Part shown: positions 57,215 to 64,000 of the stretch, piece by piece
How positions within the stretch are numbered: the first letter of the stretch is position 1
Layout of the letters: each line of letters opens with the position of its first letter
IMG/VR virus record: IMGVR_UViG_3300028887_000070
Span: 96,001-160,000 of that record
Reading direction: 5' to 3' (one strand)
DNA from: a virus
Taxonomy: Duplodnaviria > Caudoviricetes
Length of the DNA stretch: 64,000 bases
Translations under genes and position numbers: made by a program
Notes under the pieces: generated by a model
What the model was told of the DNA's origin: nothing
The model's input: the letters and a program-made list of their open reading frames with translations, nothing else
Databases searched by the model: none

Positions 57215-60200
57215 ATGAGTATTCATATACATGAGCTTAAGCCCTACAAACTCTATAGCTCTAACAACAAGCTATACTTACCGTTGAATGAAGACTCTAA
57301 CAAGAAGGGTAGTGCTGTTATCCTTCTTACCCCTAACCTCGAATCATCTATAGGAGTAATCAACTCTAAGACCTTTATCAACAGAGCATGGTTCCAGTCC
57401 TACTATCTTGAGAAGAGCATCAATACTATTCTTACTCAAGAGAACTACATACAGAGCTTTGTAGACTCTACTGACAGATTCCTCGACTATATCTTCGTAG
57501 AGGCTAAGCTCCCCTCTGATAAGAGGAACAAACTCGATGACAAGCAGTTCGGCATTCCTAGTAAGAGGAAGTATCCTCTGAATGATGAAGCCCATGTTCG
57601 TGCTGCAGTGAGGATGTTCAACCATGTACATCCCGAAGATGAGAAGACACTTGCTCGTAACATCGTAAAGGCTATCAAGAAGTACAATATCACCGACCTT
57701 GAAGTAGGAGAAAACAATCGCTTCCATAAGTACTATCATCCTATCAAGGAGATGACATTTGACGATTATGATATCTACTTCTTCAAGGATACTGCTACTA
57801 TCACTAAGGAGTTCAAGGAGTGTGATACACTTTACTCTAAGGAGTATGGTAGAGGTATGACCCTTAAGGGAAGTGTAAACGACATTAAGATCCTCGTGAA
57901 AGCATATCACGAGGGCGAGAATGAGCTTGCTGGTTTTATATATGGTCGCAAGGAGTCTGTATCAGGTAAGACACTCGAGTGTACTATCTGTGTAGATCCT
58001 AATGAAGAGTATCAGGAGTACTGTACTAATGCTTTGATCTATGGTATGAGGAGTCATATCATGACAAACATGAAGGGTAAGTACGAGTATGCTACTATCT
58101 ATTACGATGAAGACATGACTCAGGTTATGACTCGTATAGCTACAAAATATAAGACTCTTCTCAAGGGTGAAGCACTCACTGGTATAGACAACAAAAAGGC
58201 TTCCAGAAAGAGTATCAAGCTTGTTCTTAAGGAAGAGACTGTACCTCTTGAGGAAAGCTACAAAGTAGATAGAGTCAGCGAAGCCACAATGACAGAGTTG
58301 GGTCTTCAGAGTGGAAACGAGATCATCATATGTGATGATGTCTTCAATGAAGATACTGTTGCTCGTAACAGTGCTAAGCTTAAGCAGATACTCTATCCAG
58401 AGAGAATACGTAATCAGAAGGATATCACTGCTATCTACAAGGCTGTAAAGAGTCAGTGTCCTTCTATTAGATTCACCTACTTCAACTATCCCGCTTATAA
58501 GATGAAGAATCTCTATGTAGATACATCTTACTACAACAAGGCATTCTTCGAGAATAAGAACAACACCTTTGTTAACGATAAGGCTGTTGACCTCTACTAC
58601 GATCTCATCGGTAGACTGCTCAACAACAAGGCTTTCGTTAACTCTGGATATACTAAGAAGACTCTTGTTATCCCAGTTATCGACTGGAACAAGAAGAATG
58701 GCGATATTCTCGACTACAGAGAGAATATCAATCCTATCTCTATCATGATACGTCTCCTTAGAACCAATAAGGTAGGCAAACTTCGTACTCTCTTCGGAGA
58801 TATGGATACTATCTTTCTTGGTGCTACAGGATACTTCAAGATCAACTTCCAGAACTTCGATAAGAATGTGATGTCTAAGTTCATGAACAATATCCGTACA
58901 CTCATCTCTAAGGCTCCTATAGAGGATGATGAGATGGTTCAGGATACTCCAGATGCTATAGTAACAGACATTGTAGATAAGCTGGAGAAGAGTCAGGGTA
59001 TACAGATGTATGCTCTTACTGGTACTAAGGGTGCTAGCAATAAGAGTTCACTATCTGGTCTTGCTAACAAGCTGGCTAGACTTCCAGAATCTCCTAAGGA
59101 TGAAAAGAAGGAGACTCCTAAGAAGGAGACAACTCCAAAGCCTGTAGAAAAGAAGGAAGAGCCTAAGAAGACAGAAACTACTGTTAAGGCTACTACCAAA
59201 ACTACAACTCCTAAGGAAGACAAGGAGAAGGTAGTTCCTAAGGAAGTAGGTCCTGCTAAGTCTGATAAGCAGGCTGAAACAGAGGATACTCTTCAGAAGA
59301 AAGTTAAAGTAGCTAAGGCTATAGCTGATGCTGCTTCTACATCTACCTCTACAGATGAAGCTATAGAGAAGCTCAACAACGACGAGTATATAGCTAACCT
59401 TATCAAGGACATCGCAGATGAAGAGTCTAATGGTGTTAAGGTATCTAGTGCTCGTACAGCACGTATCAACACTCTGAATGACAACTTCAAGACTCAGTCT
59501 GTAAAGGGTAAGTCTGTTAAGGAACTCATTGAGAAGTCTCAGGATACTGAGCTTGAAGAAGAGCTTCCTAAGACCTCACTCAGTATCAACTCTATCAACA
59601 AGGATCAGTGGTCTAATCTCCAGTACATCAACTTTAACAAGGAGTATGATGTAGATGAGGATATCATGGCAATCCTTTCTTTCTTCGGTACTAGAACAGT
59701 TCCTGTAGCTGTAAGAGATGTCAATGTAGAAGATACTTCTACTTCAGAAGACCTCATAGAGACATGGACTGCTCATATGGAAGACATTCATGGTACTCGT
59801 TTCACTCTCAAGTTTGATATCCCTAAGTTCATCAATAATCGTTTCATGAGACTTAGAGGTAATGATAAGGCTATCAATGCTCAGCTCATGAATCTTCCTA
59901 TCATAAAGACTGAGAAGGACGTTTGTCAGATCACTACAAATTATAACAAGATCTTCTTCAGAGTATATGGCTCTTCACTTGGTAAGAGTAACCTGTATGC
60001 TGACAAGATCTGTAAGACACTCAATAAGCTTGAAGGAAAGCATATCAATGTAAAGCTGGGTAACAACTACATCGGATCTCTGAAGTATGATCTTCCTATA
60101 GACTATATAGATCTTGGTACTAACTACTCTATGCTTTCATATAAGCACTATACATTCTACTTCGACCAGGATGTAATCAGAGAGAAGTATAAGGATAAGC

Positions 60201-62530
60201 TTGATCTTAAGCAGGGTACTCCTATAGGATACGACTCGCTTAAGGGAGAGATCATCTATCACCCAAACACAAACGTTATCTGTACTCAGATGATAGCAGA
60301 CTATCTCTGCCAATGTCCTGAGTTTAAGGAAATCTACGATGAGTGTAAGGCTAGTGTAAGATACTCTTATTCAGACGCTTCAATCATGACTACTACTATC
60401 CCTGTAGTTGTAATCTGCTGCTACTGTGAGGGACTTACTAAGACTCTCTCAAAGGCTAATATAGAGTACAGAATCAGTGAGACTCGTTCTTATGATAGAG
60501 CTACAGAGGACATCATCAAGTTCTCAGATGCTTATCTTATCTACAAGATCAACTACTCATCATCTATGCTTATGAATGGTCTTAAGGGTGTACCTACAGA
60601 TACATACTCTATCAAGGACATCAACACTAAGCAGATGTGGACAGAAGCACTCGACCTCTATGGCGGACGTATCAAGGCAGACGGTCTGGATAACTTCTAT
60701 GACCTCATGTTCGATCCTATCTCTAAGAGAACTTGTGAAGCATATGATATCCCTTCAGACTTCTGTTCTGCTCTCATCTATGCTTCAAACATGCTGGTTG
60801 ACTCTAAGTATAACAAGCATACAGACATTACTGGTAACAGATTCAGAACTAATGAGCTTGTTGCTGGTTATACATATAAGGCTCTTGCTAAGGCATATGC
60901 TGAGTATAGGACTCGTCTTAAGAAGACAGGTAAGGGTAACATGTCACTCAAGCAGTCTGCTATCATAGACCTTATCCTTCTCGACAACACTACTGGTGAT
61001 GCTTCTACAATCAATGATCTCTGTTACGCAGAAGCTGCTAACACTGTATCATTCAAGGGACTCTCTGGTATGAACTCAGAACGTTCTTACTCACTTGATA
61101 AGAGAACCTTCGATGATTCTATGAATGGTATACTCGGTATGTCTACTGGATTCGCTTCTACAGTTGGTACAGTAAGACAGACTACAGTCAATGCCAACGT
61201 TGCTGGTAAGAGAGGATACATCAAGGACACTGCTGGAAATACAGAGATCATGAATGATGTCAATACTATGGCTATGAATGAGGCTCTTGTTCCTGGCTGT
61301 ACTACACACGATGACCCATTCCGACTCGCTATGTCATTCACTCAGAGAACTAAACATGGTATGCGTGTACAGGGTGGTGATCCTTTACTCGTTACCAACG
61401 GTGCAGATGATGCTCTCGCTAACTTCACTCCAGACGTATTCTCAGTATGTGCTAAGCAGGATGGTAAGATAGTAGAGAGAACTGATGAGTATATAGTAGT
61501 CAAGTACAAGGATGGCTCTATAGACTATGTAGAACTTCGTAACAAGGTCTATAAGAACTCAGATGGTGGTTTCTATGCATCTGTTAAACTCAAAGCATCA
61601 GACAAGCTTGGCGGTACTGTAAAGGCTGGTCAGGTAATTGCCTATGATCCTCTGAGCTATGATCAGCATATGGGCTACGATGACAATCCTACATATATTC
61701 AGGGTGCTCTGCTTAAGGTAGGTATCATGACTACAGATGAAGGATTCGAAGACTCTACTGCTGTATCTAGCTATGTATGTGAAGCTCTTTCTTCAGATAT
61801 CATTACTCAGGTTGATATCAATCTTGAGAAGGGAACTAACGTATTCAATCTCGTTAAGATTGGTCAGCCTATCCAGGAGGGTGATCCTCTTCTCGTTATA
61901 CAGAACTCTTACGAAGATGACGATGTCAATACACTTCTTAAGAACCTTGTAGATGATGAAGAGACAGTAACTTCTCTTGGTCGTATACCTATCAAGTCAC
62001 ATAACACTGGCTATATAGAAGACATCAAGATGTATAGAACTTGTGAAATCTCAGAACTCTCACCATCTCTCCAGAAGATAGTAAAGGAGTATGAGAAGAA
62101 GCAGGGTGAGATTCGTAAGACTATCGAGAAGTACGACAAGGTAAAGGCTCAGTCCTATACTAACGACCAGAAGCTCTCTAATACAGGAAAGCTTAAGGGC
62201 CTTGAGTCAGGAGTACTGATAGAGGTCTATGTTAGATACAAGGATGACTTCGCTACAGGAGATAAGCTTATCGCACTCGGAGCTCAAAAGGGCGTATGTA
62301 AGGAAGTCTTCCCTAAGGGCAAGGAACCTAAATCTGAATACAGACCAGACGAACCAATCGATGTACTCTTCTCTATGAGATCCTTTGATGCTCGTATGTG
62401 TGCTACTCCGCTTCTCCATGGTATGGCTAACAAGTTCCTCGTAGAACTTGATCGTCAGGTTAAGGATATTATGGGTATCAAGCAAGACTACACTGTACAC
62501 CGTAAGGACATAGAAGACAAGCTCAAGTAA
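57215..62530 (+). CDS. Virion RNA polymerase beta subunit (large part) with N-terminal accessory domains
   Basis: SFKGLSG, HDDPFRLAM..Q, GFEDS, GDKL....QKGV, RM; late-type promoter at 57178-57189. Confidence 0.85.
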   Translation: MSIHIHELKPYKLYSSNNKLYLPLNEDSNKKGSAVILLTPNLESSIGVINSKTFINRAWFQSYYLEKSINTILTQENYIQSFVDSTDRFLDYIFVEAKLPSDKRNKLDDKQFGIPSKRKYPLNDEAHVRAAVRMFNHVHPEDEKTLARNIVKAIKKYNITDLEVGENNRFHKYYHPIKEMTFDDYDIYFFKDTATITKEFKECDTLYSKEYGRGMTLKGSVNDIKILVKAYHEGENELAGFIYGRKESVSGKTLECTICVDPNEEYQEYCTNALIYGMRSHIMTNMKGKYEYATIYYDEDMTQVMTRIATKYKTLLKGEALTGIDNKKASRKSIKLVLKEETVPLEESYKVDRVSEATMTELGLQSGNEIIICDDVFNEDTVARNSAKLKQILYPERIRNQKDITAIYKAVKSQCPSIRFTYFNYPAYKMKNLYVDTSYYNKAFFENKNNTFVNDKAVDLYYDLIGRLLNNKAFVNSGYTKKTLVIPVIDWNKKNGDILDYRENINPISIMIRLLRTNKVGKLRTLFGDMDTIFLGATGYFKINFQNFDKNVMSKFMNNIRTLISKAPIEDDEMVQDTPDAIVTDIVDKLEKSQGIQMYALTGTKGASNKSSLSGLANKLARLPESPKDEKKETPKKETTPKPVEKKEEPKKTETTVKATTKTTTPKEDKEKVVPKEVGPAKSDKQAETEDTLQKKVKVAKAIADAASTSTSTDEAIEKLNNDEYIANLIKDIADEESNGVKVSSARTARINTLNDNFKTQSVKGKSVKELIEKSQDTELEEELPKTSLSINSINKDQWSNLQYINFNKEYDVDEDIMAILSFFGTRTVPVAVRDVNVEDTSTSEDLIETWTAHMEDIHGTRFTLKFDIPKFINNRFMRLRGNDKAINAQLMNLPIIKTEKDVCQITTNYNKIFFRVYGSSLGKSNLYADKICKTLNKLEGKHINVKLGNNYIGSLKYDLPIDYIDLGTNYSMLSYKHYTFYFDQDVIREKYKDKLDLKQGTPIGYDSLKGEIIYHPNTNVICTQMIADYLCQCPEFKEIYDECKASVRYSYSDASIMTTTIPVVVICCYCEGLTKTLSKANIEYRISETRSYDRATEDIIKFSDAYLIYKINYSSSMLMNGLKGVPTDTYSIKDINTKQMWTEALDLYGGRIKADGLDNFYDLMFDPISKRTCEAYDIPSDFCSALIYASNMLVDSKYNKHTDITGNRFRTNELVAGYTYKALAKAYAEYRTRLKKTGKGNMSLKQSAIIDLILLDNTTGDASTINDLCYAEAANTVSFKGLSGMNSERSYSLDKRTFDDSMNGILGMSTGFASTVGTVRQTTVNANVAGKRGYIKDTAGNTEIMNDVNTMAMNEALVPGCTTHDDPFRLAMSFTQRTKHGMRVQGGDPLLVTNGADDALANFTPDVFSVCAKQDGKIVERTDEYIVVKYKDGSIDYVELRNKVYKNSDGGFYASVKLKASDKLGGTVKAGQVIAYDPLSYDQHMGYDDNPTYIQGALLKVGIMTTDEGFEDSTAVSSYVCEALSSDIITQVDINLEKGTNVFNLVKIGQPIQEGDPLLVIQNSYEDDDVNTLLKNLVDDEETVTSLGRIPIKSHNTGYIEDIKMYRTCEISELSPSLQKIVKEYEKKQGEIRKTIEKYDKVKAQSYTNDQKLSNTGKLKGLESGVLIEVYVRYKDDFATGDKLIALGAQKGVCKEVFPKGKEPKSEYRPDEPIDVLFSMRSFDARMCATPLLHGMANKFLVELDRQVKDIMGIKQDYTVHRKDIEDKLK

Positions 62531-62691
62531 CATATCAGTGTGTAGTAGTTAGTGGTTTCTCTACTACATGGTCTACATTCTTTCACTAGGACTCTAAGTC
62601 CAGACACAATTCCCAAAAGGCAAATGCGGAGTACCTTTCGGTACTCCGTATCTGCTTCTTTAGAAGGTATATCACATATGACAGTAACGTT

Positions 62692-62765
62692 TGGTTAGGG
62701 TAGCGGGGTTCGAACCCACGATCGCAGATTCAAAATCTGCTGCCTTACCGCTTGGCCATACCCTA
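62692..62765 (-). tRNA. trnQ: tRNA-Gln (anticodon UUG), CCA encoded
   Basis: Acceptor TAGGGTA/TACCCTA, anticodon arm GCAGA-TTTTGAA-TCTGC, T loop GTTCGAA, 3' ACCA. Confidence 0.93.
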
Positions 62766-62919
62766 GCGCTTCATTATAGTAAAGTTACGTCTCTAAACAC
62801 TAAGTTTCCCCTAGGGTCCCACACCCTAGGGGAGGTTCGGTTATCATATATGAAACAAGGAGGATCATTATGATATACATCGAGTATAGATGGAGGGGGT
62901 AACTCTCCATACTATATAG

Positions 62920-63336
62920 TTAGCGGCAGAGTGGATTACTATACACTCTCACGAAGGGGTTATAGTACTCTGCAGTCTGCACATTGTTGCGATGCTCACG
63001 GACTTGCATAGTCTCTGCATCTACTCTTCTTCTAAATGTCTCCTTGCTACCACTATACCAATGCTCAGTAGTAATGCCTGTACGTACGTTGCCGTTAACT
63101 TTGTATGTGATGTCTCCATACTTATCATACTCATATAGACTGAACTCTCCGTCAGACTTATAGAATGCAGTCTTACGATCATTAGAGTCGTATTCGTACT
63201 TATACTCTACAGGAACTGTCTGGTTGTTCTCGTCTTTGTCGTATATGACGTAACTCAACTTGTTACCATGGAGATCTCTCTCCATGTAATACGGTTCTCC
63301 AAGACGTGGGTTCTTAGGTGGCTTGTTGTACTTCAT
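62920..63336 (-). CDS. YD/RHS-like repeat protein
   Basis: YEYDSND and YEYDKYG repeats. Confidence 0.6.
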   Translation of the reverse strand: MKYNKPPKNPRLGEPYYMERDLHGNKLSYVIYDKDENNQTVPVEYKYEYDSNDRKTAFYKSDGEFSLYEYDKYGDITYKVNGNVRTGITTEHWYSGSKETFRRRVDAETMQVREHRNNVQTAEYYNPFVRVYSNPLCR

Positions 63337-63890
63337 GGTGTAACATACCTCTTTCCGTTAGATTTGGCTGATCTTAGACATCTGAAATGAAAACGAAACG
63401 TATTCTCCTCTCTCCTCTCTTTATCTATATCGCGTCCTGCGCGCTTCTTCGACTCCCTTCTTTCTTTAACTCTTCTCCGTCTATACTCCCTTGTCCTTCC
63501 TGGTTGCTCCTTGAAAGTCCTTTCTGGCTGCTCCTCCTGGAACCAATCGCGCCCTCGCGATTGGCTTGTTTCCTCTTGAGCTCTCCTCGTCTGTTGCTCC
63601 GTTCGTCCCGCGTCGGTATCACCATCAGATGTTTACTTAGGTGTTCCCAGAGTAATATTTTACTACAATCTAGCTGTCTTCTTTCAGTATTGACTTACTA
63701 TCTTGAACTGTTTTGTACTATCTAGTAGGTCTTACCTCCAACCAGGTTCTTTATATCATTACCTCCAACCATGTATCAAAGACCTAATGAGTGAATGGTT
63801 ATATATTATATAGATGTATCAGTATACTGGTCAGAGTACTGGTACTTCATATGCATAAACAAACACCTAGATTCAAAAGGAGGAATCTAT

Positions 63891-64000
63891 ATGAACTTTA
63901 ACCTTTATGGACAAACACCAACAACTTTAACTGAAGAAGAAAAGAAGATTCTAAAAGCTACTGGTGATAGTAGCTTAGACTTTACAGAAGAGGAAGCTAA
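63891..64000 (+). CDS. Partial CDS, paralog of 14405-15514
   Basis: AAAGGAGG + ATG; TLTEEEKKILKATG...FTEEE versus TLTAKEEKILASTG...FTEEE; early-type promoter at 63800-63809. Confidence 0.75.
   Translation, partial: MNFNLYGQTPTTLTEEEKKILKATGDSSLDFTEEEA

Noticed and set aside
15617-62530. Introns or inteins in RNAP, topoisomerase, RecA or ligase genes
   Set aside because: ORFs are continuous with no intein or homing-endonuclease motifs seen; the RNAP splits match the known phiKZ-type split points
63387-63725. ORFs 63387-63725 (+) and 63425-63625 (-)
   Set aside because: No RBS; composition reflects the strand skew rather than phage codon usage
1-64000. Stop-codon reassignment
   Set aside because: Conserved genes are full length in the standard code, and TAA, TAG and TGA all end genes

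Overview
A 64-kb, gene-dense segment of a phiKZ/AR9(PBS1)-related jumbo phage, read in the standard genetic code. The host is most likely a Firmicute (strong AAGGAGG RBSs, Firmicute-type holin, tRNA-Gln with U1-A72). It encodes two split multisubunit RNA polymerase beta subunits (non-virion: 45798-47594 + 39313-41544; virion: 57215-62530 + 31953-32672), DnaB-like and RecD/Dda-like helicases, SbcC/SbcD, type IIA topoisomerase B and A, RecA/UvsX, NAD-dependent ligase, a tubulin, a prohead protease, a baseplate protein, a holin, HU-like, Dps-like, MYG1-like, MazF-like and kinase-like proteins, and tRNA-Gln(UUG). Two phage promoter classes can be read from the sequence: TAYATAYTAT (early-type) and AAC(A/T/C)-N6-T(A/G) (AR9 late-type, 22 copies). 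Most interesting: (i) tandem QxxLF sliding-clamp-type motifs on the RNAP beta tail and a related PLF-x-V motif shared by helicase, ligase and other proteins; (ii) several structured non-coding RNAs that start exactly at predicted late start sites; (iii) a GGA-dense tract resembling CsrA-sponge RNAs; (iv) fused genes that keep internal starts. All product calls are from motif recognition by eye; no searches were run.
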